Below are positions 23,802 to 38,300 of a DNA stretch of 64,000 bases, one piece after another. Both the position numbers and the translations under genes were made by a program. The notes under the pieces are model-generated. The model had not been told where the DNA came from and did no database searches. It saw only the letters and a list, made by a program, of their open reading frames with translations. Location: NCBI GenBank assembly GCA_965603825.1, contig CBFDEM010000058.1:496001-560000 (forward strand), written 5' to 3'. Every line of letters starts with the position of its first letter. Position 1 is the first letter of the stretch. This stretch comes from Blepharisma stoltei ATCC 30299. Its lineage: Eukaryota > Protista > Ciliophora.

Positions 23802-24779
23802 ATGTCGTTCAAATTTCTAGAGCTATTTCAAGGAGTAATCCAGTTTAGAGGGAACTTTATTGAAATCGTAGAAAATGAAGATCTTCAAGAACTCTCTAAA
23901 GATTATTCAATTTCTTTTTGGATCAATATACATAAAATCTTAAAAGGCCGCCAAGTCACAGTTTATCATAAAGGAGATAACGGAACATCTCAACCTACAA
24001 TTTCTCTTCATGAAAGAGATCTTCTAATCAGTTTTGACACAGTTCGTGGTGGTAATGAGCGTTTATTTGCAACTGTTGAAATTCCACTCAAAGCTTGAAC
24101 TCATATAGCATTCACTATTTTCCACAAACAATATACTGAAGCTTCCCTTTATATCAATGGAAGACTTGATACATCGATTTCCTTAAACATTGACATTGCT
24201 CACAATACTGGGAATTGCTATGTTGGAAAAGACCCTTGAAATCATGGATTTATTGGTGAAATAGGGGAACCTCTTTTATTTTTCACTACTTTGTCGCCTG
24301 ATGATATTTGGAGAATGTATCAGCAAAGCATTGAAAACTGAAATCAATCCCAGTGCTTTAGGAGTTCACAATTTTTTTATGAGAGAAAATCAAGAGCAAG
24401 CACGCCTGGAAAATGATTCAGAGATAATGAAAGTTCTAGAATATATGAAGAAGGAGAAAGCATAAGGACTTGTGACTCATCAATGATGGCTTTGTCAAAA
24501 TATGAAAAATTAGAGGAATTTTTTCAAAAGAATCCCACAATTTACCGAAAAGTATCAGAAATTGCAAACAGCCAGAACTGATTGACTGTGATTTTTAACA
24601 TCCTGAATATAGCTGCACCTCAAAACGGAAAGAGTGCACAAAATAAAATTGAAGCTGATAGGAAAATCCCTCCTACTGTAAATTTGAATATTAATTTCAC
24701 CAAAAAAGAACTTATTGCTCTAGCCAAAGTGTTAAGATCTCCGCCTTATGAAAAATCGCCTATAAAAAAATCGCATTAA
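23802..24779 (+). CDS. LamG/concanavalin A-like domain protein, ~325 aa (3' end uncertain)
   Basis: YSISFWI, W(TGA)THIAFT, SLYINGRL, YVGKDPW..GFIGEI..LSPDDI; same frame as ORF 24582-24779. Confidence 0.7.
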
Positions 24780-25094
24780 TTTTCCCAATTCTTAAACAAA
24801 TTTTTCTCATAATTATTTAAAAAAATTCCTTATTATTTCTTATAATTTCTTGATTGCAGAATGGCGCATTCTGCCAGAATAGAGGGAAATTATTCATGCA
24901 GCTTTTTCGAGTAAAATATCACTGTAGCTGCGCAAGTTTGCAGTATCTTGTGATGAAGAGAATCGAAGCTGAAGACTTGAAGAAGATTTAGAATATGAAT
25001 TTTAGACAGAATTGGGTTTAAATAAGAAAGATCAGACTAAAAAGGCCTTATGACCATAATTTAATTTTAGTTTAGAAAATTATTTCTTAAAAAT

Positions 25095-25463
25095 TTAATT
25101 TCCTGGATTTCCTTCGGCATTTCGCGCTTCTTTTTGATTAAATTGTCCATATTCAGGTGATCTTAAAAGTCTAGCTAGTTCAACTCTTGTATAAACGTTT
25201 TTCTGTAGCTCATACTCCTGCGGGGTTATTTTCTTTGAATGTGATTTGACTAAAACACTTGGGCGGTTTGAGAAATATTCCCAAATTATCCATAGCAAGA
25301 TGTAGACTCCTAAAAGCATGAAAACTACATGAAAAAATGGCTCTTCAGGTATTCCTTTGAGTATTATTGGAATCTGTGAAATAGGCTTGGCAATCTCGAA
25401 TTTCAGCCAGGTGTATCCAAGTATAAGGGTACCTATGCCGAAAAATATACTTACAAAAGACAT
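25095..25463 (-). CDS. Small two-TM membrane protein, 122 aa
   Basis: Intact ORF with two hydrophobic segments and a polar tail (ITPQEYELQK..YTRVELARL). Confidence 0.6.
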   Translation of the reverse strand: MSFVSIFFGIGTLILGYTWLKFEIAKPISQIPIILKGIPEEPFFHVVFMLLGVYILLWIIWEYFSNRPSVLVKSHSKKITPQEYELQKNVYTRVELARLLRSPEYGQFNQKEARNAEGNPGN

Positions 25464-25485
25464 ATCTATTTTTATTAAAATTTAA

Positions 25486-28400
25486 TTATGAAATCAACGT
25501 TTGATTAGATCTGCTCGCAGCTCTGCTTCTGACATCTCTTGTATAGCAATATTTCACTTGCATTTCCATTTCATTTCTCATTTTTCTTCCAATATCTAGC
25601 ATAGCGTTGTATTTGTGCTCAAGCTCTCTTATTTGACGCTCCAAAATATCTATTCTTCTCGGATCTATGCCACTTTTAGCTGCTGAAGGAAGTTTTGGAA
25701 GGGTCAAGCCGCCTATGTTTATTGATCCAATTTGCCTTTGATATTGTTTTAACCCTTTCATAAGCCATGGAACATTAATATTTTGAGCATGCTCTAAATA
25801 AGATTGAGTGAAATATTTCCCAGATCTTCTCGGCAGAATTTTCTTCATTCTTGAAATATTGATATTAGCTATTTTAGTCGAATCTGCATATTGCATAAAA
25901 TATTCATATAATAGCTCTCTTTTTTCTTCATTATTTTTTAAATCAATCTTCATATATGCCGCATAAATTTCTAAGAACTGATTAATGCTGATTTTTTCTT
26001 CGACAATCCCTCTCAATATTTTTTGAGTTTTTGCTAAAAAAATGCTGTCAACCATTTCTTGAATTTTTGTAAATTCATTATCATCGACTAATAAGACTTT
26101 TTTTCTGTCATAAATTATCATCCAATAATGGACACAGTCTCTCAATAAAGCCCAAATTAGCCAAGGAGCTCCTATAAATATCCATTTGAAAGATTTTCAA
26201 TAGCTGAATTTTACTTGGACTTTTTCATCTCTTATTGATTTATTAGCCATTATGGTATCATCGAAATTCATGGAAAATATTTGGAGTTTATTATCAAATT
26301 TCGATACATAGCCAGTTTTTCCATAAATTATTAGTCCTTTCCCATACATAAAAATAGCAAATATAAGAGAGCCTAATGCAAATAAAACGAACTGCGGAAT
26401 AGCATAAACTATATAGAAAACTTTGCAAATTCTGGTATTCCATTTGGTTGGATTGGCTGTGAATAATACCAAAGGACAAACAGCCAGTGTGATATAGTTT
26501 AAAGGAGTAGGCAAAAATATAAGCGCTCCATATCGGCTATCCCAAGAAAATCTATTATAGTGATTCGTGATTGCAGCTCGATGCTCACTTTCTACTTCTT
26601 CAATAATTTGCGAATAAGCCAAAAAGAGCTTCGAGATCATTAAGTTAAGGAACAATATAGCTGCTGCAATCATATAAGCTCCATACATGACGCTACCTAA
26701 TGCAATGTATTCTGTAAAACCTGAGAAATCTGTATACATAAGTGCTCCTGAATATAAAAACCTAACTGATTCAGAAAATGTAGGAAAATAGCTATTTGAG
26801 TTTCCGAAAATTGATGTAAAAACTGCAGCTGAGCCTACAATTAAAAATGCATAAATAATATAAAAATCAATCATTTTTATTAACAATTTCCAAATCATCT
26901 TTAAAAATGGTCCGAATGTTTTAGATGCTAACAAAATTGAAAGTAGCCTGATTCACATAAAAATAAGCATTAATGAGTGCATGAGGGCGTTAAAAGTATA
27001 AGGATCTTCATCGGAAAAATATTTCCCAGGTCCCATGTATCTTTTCCCAAATCCTCAGCAATTGAAAAGCATAAGACAAAACATCATGATATTTAAAACA
27101 TTTCAATTTGTAAACTGATAAATTCTTCCTGCTTTAACTTGATATATATAATATAGTATATCTTCAAGAATAATTGATCCAATCCAAACTTGAGCAGTTC
27201 TTAAGTAAGGGAGACATGATTGGCTATTAGTGATATCCAAGAATGCATTGTCTGCTATAGCAGTATAAATTGTCATCTGATAAATAATAAGTAAAGTTAT
27301 TGCAGATACGGCTTGACCATAAAATCTCAGTTTGCAAGAATCCAATCATTGATCATAATGAAATGTATAAGGTAAATCATTTTTCATCGGGTAAGCAAAT
27401 GACATACCTTTTTCTTCACCGTAAGCTGCATTAAATGAGGTGTAAATCGTTGACGCGCCCAATATTCCATAATCTCTAGTAGGGCCTATCCACATTTTCG
27501 TTACAATTGTTCCGATTTCTCCACAATCTAGCATGCTATAAAATTGGTTTTGAGCCATAATTGTTAAAGCATTTCTCCCTTGTGAGTCCACTTTTGTTAA
27601 ATAATACCTCAAAATTCTTTCTTCCTTTATAGCTTTTTCCAAGCACAATCCTAAATCTTTAAAAATGTCAGCAGTCTCCAAACAGGTACTTGAATCTTTC
27701 AGAGAAGTCTCTGACAAATTAGTAAGAAATTCAGCTGTGAGGGCACAAAACAAAATAGGATTCCAGCACACTACAATTTCATCTCTTTTTTTGGCAAAAG
27801 CTTCTAAATTACTACACATATCTTGTGTCAAGTCGTCAGACCAATATTTCAAATTAATCCTGTTTAGCATTTCAATTGCCTGTAGACAAGTTTTACCCTG
27901 ATCTAGAAGTTCTACTAATTTTTTCTGGACATCAGGGTCAAAGAGGGTATGCTCAGCTTCGTCAATTTCTAATAAATCCACACACAAATTGTAGAGTCCA
28001 GCATCAAAAGCCTCACGAAAGTCTTCTTCAGTTAAATCGATTTTAGCAATTTTTGGGATTTCTCTCGCTAAATCTTCTTGGTGGCACTGGACAAGTTTTC
28101 TGATGACGCCTTCTTCTTCATTGATTTTCGGTCATTTTAATAAAGCTCTGACTGCAGAAATTTTTTCTAATTCTATTCATTTTTCAATGAGGTAAGGAAT
28201 TGCCATGGAGTTCATTAAATCTTTTAGGTCTTGGTCATCATTTACCTGCTCTTTCAAAGCGTTTCAGATTTTGGAACTTTTGGCAACTTTTTTGATCAAA
28301 TCTGTAGGCTTTCTTATATTTCCGGTCCAAACTCGTTTTAAAAAATTGATGCAGCAGTTGTCGACTGCAATTTTGATCATACTTGGGCTGATTGAAGTAG

Positions 28401-29085
28401 GATTTACTGTTAAAAGTAATGATGCTAGATTATCGAACCCATTTTGAAGAGCCTGAAGCATAGAGTCAGTTACTAATTTTCTGTTCGTGTAGACTTGCCT
28501 TCTATTTTCAAGGATTCTTAAGTCACTTTGAAAATATTCTGATAATTCTGGGTATTTTTGGTTTAATTCTTGTGCTGATTGATGACAGCCTTTATATAGT
28601 AAGTATCACGCTATGAGCTCTATATTTTTTTGATTTTGGCTATATTTTATAGCACTGCTCACAATTTCATCGGGAAAGCTATCAATCGCTTCTATAACTC
28701 CTGAAATAGGTAAAATATACCCATTCTCTAATAAATACTCAGCAAGTCTTACTTGATTTCTCTGCAAGGCTGCGATAATTGCCTTTCCTGAATTTATGAA
28801 TTCTTCATTTTTTAACTTGAATTGGGAATTTAAAGCTAATTCTTTCACTTCACGCTCATTTCCTTCATCTATGTATTTAAGTAGCTGCAGACTTGCTCTG
28901 CTTTCTTGATGATTTATGAGCTTTTGAACTACACTTGGGGATAAAATATTTGAAGACAGTAATAAATTTATTCCAAGCGAGTCTGGTGAACGATTGATTG
29001 CTGTAGCATAAGTGTTATTCTGGGGCTGAGGGTCTTCTAGCAATTTAGCCTCATCAGTTACAATTATATTTTGATCTTTTTTCAT
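25486..29085 (-). CDS. TRP-like cation channel with N-terminal ankyrin/helical repeats, ~1199 aa
   Basis: Six track ORFs in one frame separated only by TGA. WNVLNI, WIRLLSILLASKTFGPFLKMI, F..F.ES..FL pore helix, ILFLNLMISKL..Y (S6), LPTPLNYI. Confidence 0.85.
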
Positions 29086-29962
29086 TTTATTAATTTAAAG
29101 TAGTGAGAAGCTTATGGCTTTTGATTTAACAATGAGGGAAATTTTTTTGGATAAATGCGTTAATAATTAATTGAAATTAATTAGAAATATTTTGATATTT
29201 TTTGAATTTATGCTTTTAATTTTAGCTGGAACTGTGCTAAATAATTCAACAAATAAAATTTTGCAAATTTACTTAAAATGAATTAGGTTTTCAAAATTAT
29301 TTGATGGAACAACTTAAAATCGTAACAGTGCCAGGTGGGTTCTGCATGAGGTCATAAGCAAAAATTCAAATTATGTAAAAACGAAAATTTACTAAATTTA
29401 TTGGTTTCAACTAATTTTGATTAGCTCAAGAGTAACTTTGATTATTTTATACATAAACTTTTTTCTCATTCTTCTTAATGGGTTGTTTTTCATAAACTGA
29501 TATCTATTAGAAGCATAAAAGGATTAAAGTTCTTATGATTTAATTTGATTAATAAATAATGAAACAAATATTTTAAAATTTAATATTCTGATGCAAGTCA
29601 TAATTTCGTTTTGTCCTAAATACTGATCCATCAAGATGAAACCAGGAATTTTTGCTTTTTAAAACAATATTATAGCCTTATATCAAACTAAACCTTGGCA
29701 TCCTATATAAAAATTAAATAGAAATAGATTTATGACTATTAATCAAATTAGGTAAACTTCAAATTAGCCTAGTGGCATCAAAGTAATATAGATAGCTCAT
29801 CATTTTAAAAGCTTCTTAATAACACATATAAGGGCATATCCAAGCTCAAATAAAGCATAGCTTGGCTATTATAAGCTCATTTTTTAATACAAAGCTTTAG
29901 TATAAGAGCTTTAATATTATATTACTCGATAATATTAGACGCTTAGCATTCAGTAATAAAAT

Positions 29963-32900
29963 ATGTTAGATGAATTAGACATTTCTAAAAAGAATAATTA
30001 TACTGCCCAATCTCAAGGATTGCACTACATTTCTCCATTTGAAGCTGTAAAATCAACAGTCATTGATTACCTTGAAACATTTTTTAGACCAAAATATAAC
30101 CTAAAAACCAAACTTCTTACACAATTTTTTGTTGAAATTTTAGTAAATTCTATAAACTGTTTACAGCTAATCACTCTTTTGTGATATCCACATATGAATA
30201 TAACTGGATGGGCAGATTATAGGGCTTACTGAACCTATCTCAGTATATTTTCTTTTGATAATATCATATCAACGTGGAGCCTTACAAAATTAGCTTTCTA
30301 TATTAGTTCAGCTACTTTGGGAATGTGCATAATTTCCTTAATTGCAATAGGAGCAATAAAAGGTAAAGGATGAAATTTGTCAAAAATTGCAATTTATTTC
30401 ACAAGTTCTATTCTTGGATTTATGACATCTGTAGGGTTTGTGCCGCTACTTATGATATTTTTAACAGTTGCTAAATACTCAATGAGACCTGACCTAAATG
30501 TTTGTGAGTACAGCTCTCTGACTGCTGATGATTTAAACTTAGGTTTGTTTGGATCAATCATAGGAATTATTTCTGGAACATTTTTAATTATGTCAGCTCT
30601 CATTTATGAATTATTTACAGCAGATATCAGACACTCATTTGCAAATAGAAATATAAGAGCTCGAGCAGATTCAAATTTGGATATAGCAATTACTTATTTT
30701 AAATCGCTTCTAGTTGTCTTATATATTTATGTTGGAAACTCACAAATAGATTGGTATATCATGTTTTTCATGGTTTCTTCTGCTATGTTTGCGTATCTTA
30801 CTTTCAAATTCAATTCCTATTACAATCCACTTATTAATTCAATTAAAGTTTCAAAAATGTTTATTATATCTGCAGCTGCTTTGAGCTTCTTATTCGGTCG
30901 AGCAATTGATAATTCGCTTGTAATTTTATTATTATGCTCATGTGTGATCCCTTTGATATTTGGGATTTTTATGCTTAAAGTATGAAAATATATAAAAAAT
31001 TTTTCGTTTAAAGGATTCTCAAATGACCAGCATGAATTTGAGTTGCAAATAAGAAAAATTTTAATAAATCAATCTGCCAATCCGAAAGCAGCAATTGATG
31101 CGTTTATTAATATTCGAAAGTTCTCGAGATTTAAAGTAGATAAACTCTTTATAGTGTGAGAAGCAAACTACTGTGCTTATACAATAAAAGATTTTTGTTT
31201 ATCTCGAATAAAGCTGGCAGAGTCTGGCAATGTTTCATATAGTATTGAAGGAGAAATACAGGAATGAAGACTAAAAAAGTATTTAAATGATAATAAAGAC
31301 AAAAGTCCTGTTCTGAATTTTTTATTATATTTGATTGACTTAGAAAAATCTCGGCATGCAGATGAGCATCTATGCTACCATCTTACTGAACTTTGAGCCG
31401 AAATTACAGCTAGAAAGCCTAAACTTGAGAAATTAGAACATTTAACAAACACTTCGACTGAATTAATTTACAAGGCGAAAAAACTATATGACTCGATGAT
31501 TGAGTTGAAAAGTGAAAAAGTTTATGAGCTCTATGGGGGATTACTGCAAAATATCCTCCATGAATATGATCAAGGCTCAGCAGTTTTGAGCAAAATCAGA
31601 AGAACAAAGTCGATTGACTCTTTTATCAGGTATGAAGTAAAATTAACTAACTACGAAGAAGCAAATGGAAATATGCTAATTTCTGCTAATAAAGATAATT
31701 TTGGATCAATTGTATTTATTAACGATGTTGGGTCTCAGATCCTAAAAGGAAGAATTTATGAAATACTTGGAAACAAAGCATCAACATACATTCCCCCTCC
31801 TTATTCACGCCATCACATTGAATATGAAAAAAAATTTGTTGAAAATTGCACAAACCCTATTGTAGAGAAACCAAGCTCTTTATTTTTTCTAGATATTTTT
31901 GGATTTTTGCATGAGTGTATGATTCTTTTAAGGCTTACATCTCTTGACAATTATCTGTACTTCATGATGTCGTTCAAGGAAGTTAAAGCATCAAGGCAAG
32001 TTGCATTAACATCTGAAGATGGACTTATATATAGTCATAGCGAAGGCTTTTCAGATTTAATTACTGAGCCATTGAAATCATTAAGAAACCAATATTTGTC
32101 TGATCTCTTGCCTGGCATTACTCTTTCGCAAGTTCCTCTCTATGAGCCTATTTTACTGAACATAAAAGATAATAATCTCGCTTTAGTCCATGGAATCAAG
32201 AATTTTAAATCTACAGATATTCACTTTGTCTTATTGATATCTGACCAGTCCGAAATAGATGTTTGGCTTGAAAATAATGATATTTTGCAGCTTGAGTATT
32301 TTGGAAAAGCTGATACCATTGCAGAATTAGAGCACTTTGAATCAAGCCACACTGATATACACTCTGATCAGGATAGGGTTAAATTTAACTTAAAAGCCTC
32401 AAACAACAGTTTTATGCATACAACATCTTTAGGTGAAGCTGAAATTGAAATGGCTTCTGGTGCAACAAAATTTTCTGAAGAGCACAAAGAAAAGCATTCT
32501 ACTGAAGACAAATCATTGACTGCCTCATCTTCATATTTTACACACACAAGCTCTTCTCAAGATAAAAAAGGTAAAAAATATTTAGCTCATGGAAAGACAA
32601 TTGTTTTAATGTCTTTAGTGCTATTAAAACGATATAAATGAGTCTTATTTTTCTCAGTAAATTTTATTTAGGTCCTTGTAGTGATATCTACTAATATAGC
32701 AATTGCAATCTATATAACCAATGCTGTTAATCATTCAAGGTCAATAAATACATTTAGTGCGCTTGGTAATATTCTGTTTGATTTAGTGCATATTGCTGAA
32801 AATGTCAGGAAAATAGATTACATTATAGATTCTATGCCTAAAACTTTAGAAGCTAGACTTGTACCGTTAAGAGAAGCATTAACTGAGTTAGATAATTCTC

Positions 32901-34204
32901 ATAACGGAGTTTTATCGAATTTATCATCATGAAGCTATTGTGAAGCTTCTAGGATTGTCATTGAAGATCTTGTTCCTTTATGAAACTTTGATGACACCCC
33001 TAAAATAGAAAATGTCAATTTATTTGATGCTCTTCAAGACTTCATCATTAAAGTAAAATTAATTTAGACACGAATAATTATCAATAGCGCAGAAAAAAAG
33101 AGCCATGCTCCAAAAGAAGCAGAATTTGTTATGGTAAATGGAGTCAACAAACTGTATTCAGCCACAAATAAAACTATAAATAGTTTGGTTTTATGTGAAA
33201 TTGAGATGATTCATGAAATTAGCCAAACAATAACGTTGCTGTTTGTTTCTGGAGTAGTAATACTAGGAATATGTTTCACGATTTTGACTGTTTTTATTTT
33301 ATTAATCAGTCGCAAATATAATAATTTGTGACAGTTTATCAAACAGCTAACTCATCTATCATATTATGATCTTAAAAGTGCTTGCTTGGATAGATTGTCT
33401 GTTATCCACGGCATAGAGTGAACAGAATATGAGCAGGACAATCTCAACAGAAATAAAGCCACTCAAAATCCTTTGAATTTTAACATTAGTAAGAGGTATT
33501 TATGGAGACTAGGAATTTTTGTAGCATTTACAATAGCTTACTATCTTGTCGTAAATTTTGCTTTGTATCCAAAGTGTGAAGATTATTTAATTGTGAGGCC
33601 GAAGTTATTAGAAAATTACATCCATAGAAGAGCATTAATCCCTTTAATTGATTTTTGGACTATTGAAGGAATTTTAGCAAATAAAAATATAACGATTGTA
33701 GAGAAAACTGGGGGGATTGATTTTTTCAAAAATTTCCACGAAGAAATAGATGAAGGGATTCAGAATCTTTTGGATGCAAATCACAATTTAATTAAAAATA
33801 CAGATTTAATGAGCAATGAGCTATTATCAAAACTTTTTGAAACTGGAAGCGGCAAAAACTTTGAATATGGAACATATGTATATGGGAATATTCTGATGTT
33901 CGATTCTAAAGCATATAGTGCGAATTCACAATCAGCATCATTCAAAAACATTGGAGATTTTAGCAGTAGCATGCAATCACTGGAAGAGGCAATGACTTCA
34001 AATTTTGGGTTGATTGATAAAAGCTCACAGGGATTAATTATAAGTCAACTCGATCATATTATCTATGCAATTATTGCGTATTCGCTTTTATCTGTAATAC
34101 TTTTTTTCTTGTACTTTTTACCGTACATTCATTCCGAAACAAAAATGCTGCTTAAAATGCAAGATATTATGTTTTTGATAACGGAGTGTATGATAATAAA
34201 ATAG
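29963..34204 (+). CDS. Multi-TM PAS-domain protein (TmcB-like), paralog A, ~1398 aa; introns 32571-32585, 32657-32671, 33053-33067
   Basis: All + ORFs share one frame through TGA and 15-nt introns. N-terminal multi-TM block, helical linker, PAS (FGSIVFINDVG..ILGNKASTYIPPPYSRHH), second PAS-like RQVALTSEDGLIYSHS, C-terminal TM-loop-TM units. Confidence 0.85.
32571..32585 (+). other. 15-nt stop-free intron (paralog A, position 1)
   Basis: GTAAAAAATATTTAG; same position and phase as obligatory introns in paralogs B and C. Confidence 0.75.
32657..32671 (+). other. 15-nt intron (paralog A, position 2)
   Basis: GTAAATTTTATTTAG, in-frame TAG. Confidence 0.88.
33053..33067 (+). other. 15-nt intron (paralog A, position 3)
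   Basis: GTAAAATTAATTTAG, in-frame TAG. Confidence 0.88.
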
Positions 34205-35380
34205 TGACTCATGCGAAATTTAGCTTAGAAAAATTTCCTCTTCTGGGCTCATTTTAGTTTTCCAGATCCTTACCCAGCTGCATTAAGTAATCATAGCAAG
34301 GGTTGCAGCCTTAATTCTGATCCTTAGGATTGTTTGGAAGATAGGGTTTTACTGCTTGGCACGCCTGAAGAAGGTAGCCTCATCAAGAACATGCAGGACT
34401 TAGATTGCATGTGACAGCAAGATGGCATCTTAAATATCTAATAATCGTAATCTAAACCTGGAAGAGTAAAAAATTCGAAAGCATAAAGAGAAATATAAAT
34501 AAATTGCATTTTTTTATAATTGAATTTAAAACAATTAAACCTATTCTATAGTGATCAAATTTTTTTGGGATTTTTGATTTATTTAAAACAAAATTTGCAT
34601 AAATAAAATATAACTCAACAAGTATAATTAGTCAGGTGATAATACGTTAAAACGAAACTCGATTAAAAATAATAAATTGATATAATCTAAATATAGTTAA
34701 AAACACCAAATCCTCAGTCGATTTGGAAAATCAGGACAGCCTGAGCAGTGCAGTGCCCAAATGGTATCTATACATTTTCCAATTAAAATAGTCTCAAATT
34801 TAAAATATGCAAAGCATATTATAAGTCCATCACTTATAAAGAAGGTCTAATTGCTTTGTCTGAATCTATTTTAATATTTTGAGGATAATTCTTTATGATT
34901 TCTATTTCAAGAAGATAATCATGACTGTTCATTAACAAAGAGCAATAAATTATATCTATTTAAACAGATTTTTGAGTACAAAAAGATGCAAATTTGTTTT
35001 CTTTGATAAATTGCCATCTTTTATAGGGGTTTCAAGTCCTGAATAAGTAAACACCGAAAAATTTTTCCAGCTTGGGCTTTCTAAAATAAAATAATGTCAT
35101 AAAAGCATTCTTCTTGAATCACTTATAAAGTAAAAATCTTTTCTGATTTAATGTAAATCGATGAGAGTAATATTACAATAGGCTTAAATATGCTCATATC
35201 CAGCCATTTACTGAATCTAAATGCTTAATATCAATATTAAAAATATCAAATAAAGCTATTAAGCCAGTAACAGCACCCCTCTCAAATATCATATAATTTT
35301 AATTTTAATTTATCATAAAATCGTAGTTAAATAATATTAATCTTATCATTGAAATTCCCTCTATCTTTAAAGAAAATAAA

Positions 35381-38300
35381 ATGGTCAATTTTATTGCAGA
35401 GCTCACAGCTAATGACTTTACTGCAAATAAAGTAAGAAAACTTCATACGAGATCATTTAATACACAGCTTAAAGATGCAATTTTTGAAGCTTTTAATACA
35501 TATTTCAAGCCTAAATATCGATACAAAATGAAGCATTCTGTTCAGGTGCTATTTGAAATTTCGATAAATTCGATTTACTGTCTTCAACTCTTAACACTTG
35601 TTTTGCATCCTGGGGTAGATATAGCTGGTTGAGATCATTATACACTTATTTGATACATGATTGGGTGTTTTAGGTTCGATAATATTTGTGCTGATCTGGG
35701 AGTTCTGGATTTTTGTTTTTATAGCTCAGTCGGTATGATTGCAGTAGCATTTTTTAGTTTATGTGTGATGTCCATGCTGTGCTATATAAAATATTCAATT
35801 CCAGGAAATTTTGCATACTATCCTGGAAAATTACTGGAATTTTTATCAACAATTGGATATCTCCCTATTTTAATGATAAATTTAATTGTCATTAAATACT
35901 CATTTAATCCTGGCTCAAAAATAGATGAGTACAATTCAAACCAGTCCTTGAGCATGAGTATAATTTCCGTATTATGAGGAATAATAGGGATTTTCTGTGC
36001 AGTGGGTTTATACGCATTAGCAGTAATTCATGAACTCTTTACTTCTGATATTTGCCACTCATTTGCCGAAAGAAATATAAGAGCCAGAGCTGATACAGGA
36101 ATTGACATCAAAGTACTTAAGCATAAAACAGCTATAGCTGTTATTTATGTCTTTGCCGGAATTGCTAACATAACTATATATCATCTTTACATCATGATTT
36201 CAACAGGAATTTTATCATATCTGATGTTCAAATGTAGCTCTTATTTTAACCCTTTTGTTGATGCATTAAAAATTTCTGTAATTCTTGGAATATCAATTTT
36301 TGATGCCTTTTTCTTACTTGCTTTGTGGACAGATGCGGCTGGAGTTGTGGTGTTGTTAAGCATTGTTATTTTGCCACTTATATTTCTTGTACTCCTGCAT
36401 TATATCAGCAAGTTTTCAAAAAATTATGCAAACTCAAGAATGGCTATAGTAGATCAGCATTCTTTTGAATTGAATATGAGACATATGTTGATTGACAGAA
36501 CTGGTGTTTTCAGTGCAAAAGTGGTTGACAAATTCATCGAAGTTTATAAATCGCAATCATTCCCTATAGAAAAACTACTCGTTGCTTGGGAAGTTAATTA
36601 TTGCATACATAGTATTAAAGATCTCGGCCTGGCAAGGATAAAGTTTGCCAGGATGACTGGTGCCAAGCATAGCATGGATGGAGAAATTCAAGAGTGAAGG
36701 ATAAAGAAATCACTAGATTGCAATATGCAAAATTATTCGATAGAGTCTGATTTTTTATTTTATTTAATTGATTATGAGGAAGTCGAAAAAAAAGACGAAA
36801 AATTATGTTTAAGACTTTTGGCATTGTGAAATGAAATTACAAGTAAAAAACCGAGGCTAAACAAACTGGAAAATTCAGCTCATAAAGTTTCGAAATTAAT
36901 TGAGAAGCTTAGAAATAAGTATATGTCTCTAATTACTTATAAGCATGCGAAGGCATATGAAATGTATGGGACCTTTCTCACGAATATTTTAAACGAAAAT
37001 CAGTTCGGGAATTTAATTTTGAATAAGAGAAACACATTTATTAACAATGCTGAAATTAGAACAAAAAATGAAAGGAGGTTGATGAAATTTGACGATGAAA
37101 ATGGGATTCTTCTTATTTCAGCAAGCAAGCAAGATTTTGGGGATATTGCATATATAAATCAAAAGGCAGCAGAAGCGCTTGAAGAAAATATCCATAGCGC
37201 TACAGGGAATAAAATATGGCAATATATTCCAAAACCATATCAAGATCCTCATCCAAATTATATGAAATCATGAGTAGAAAATTGTAAATCAACAGACGTT
37301 CCAACCCCAAGTTCGTTGTTTTTCTTAAATCAAATGGGTTTTCTGTTAGAATGCCAAGTTTTGGTCAGATTAACTGCATTTAATGGGCATCTTTACTTTA
37401 TGGCAACTCTCAAGCTCGTCCAATCTCTCCGACAAGTTGCTCTTACATCTGAAAATGGTTACATATATGCTCATAGTTCGCATTTTTTAGAATATCTCAG
37501 TGTGAAGAAAAATTTAAGCCGTTGCCAATGAATTCAAGAGGTAATTCCAGATGTAAATTTTGAATCGATGCAAATTTACGAGCCAGAAATAATATCACCA
37601 AGAGGAATAGACATCGCTGTTGTTCACTGTATAAAAAACTATTTAAATTCAGAAATTCATTACGTTTTGCTTATTACCGATCCTATAGAAATCAAACAAT
37701 GATGCAAAGGATTAGACTATAGCCAGCTCGAATACTATAAAAGACTAGAAACTTTTGCTGAAACAGAAAATTTTAATACAAGTATGGAACTTTCCAAGGC
37801 TTCTAAAGATCCTATAGCAACAAAAAAAAGAGTCCATTTAACCCATGAAGAAACTACTGAGTTTTCTAATACACTAGAGCTTTCAAGAATTGATGAAATT
37901 GCTAAAAAGCGAAAATTAAGTCACATTGATGATAGATCACTAACAGCTTCTATTTTGCAAAGCAATTCTTCTTCAGTAGCCAAATGTAATTACTATCTTA
38001 GCCCGAGGAAAATCAGTTATCATAAAATCTGAAGATTCGTTAAAGAAATTCAAATGAATCTTATTCATTTCAGTAAAGCCTACATAGATGATTGTAGTAA
38101 TCGCTACAAATATAGCAATTTCTGTTTATATATCGCAAGCTGTGTCCCATTCAAAGTCCTTTAATTCATTTAAAGATCTTGCTATTATTTTATACCGTTT
38201 AGCTTCATTTGCTGAAATTTCACGCTCAATTTATTTCAGCATTCAATCAAAAATCGACTTTGACAAAAATGTTGCCTTGATGAATGAAGCTATTGATGAA

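Noticed and set aside
24780-25005. Coding-looking tail (..DEENRSWRLEEDLEYEF-stop) after the LamG gene; possible extra exon or retained IES
   Set aside because: I could not join it with a 15/16-nt intron or a convincing TA-bounded excision; the only GT-AG option is 17 nt. Needs RNA-seq.
37980-38035. Programmed ribosomal frameshift or sequencing error in paralog B
   Set aside because: A 16-nt GT-AG intron at a position shared with paralogs A and C explains the frame change.
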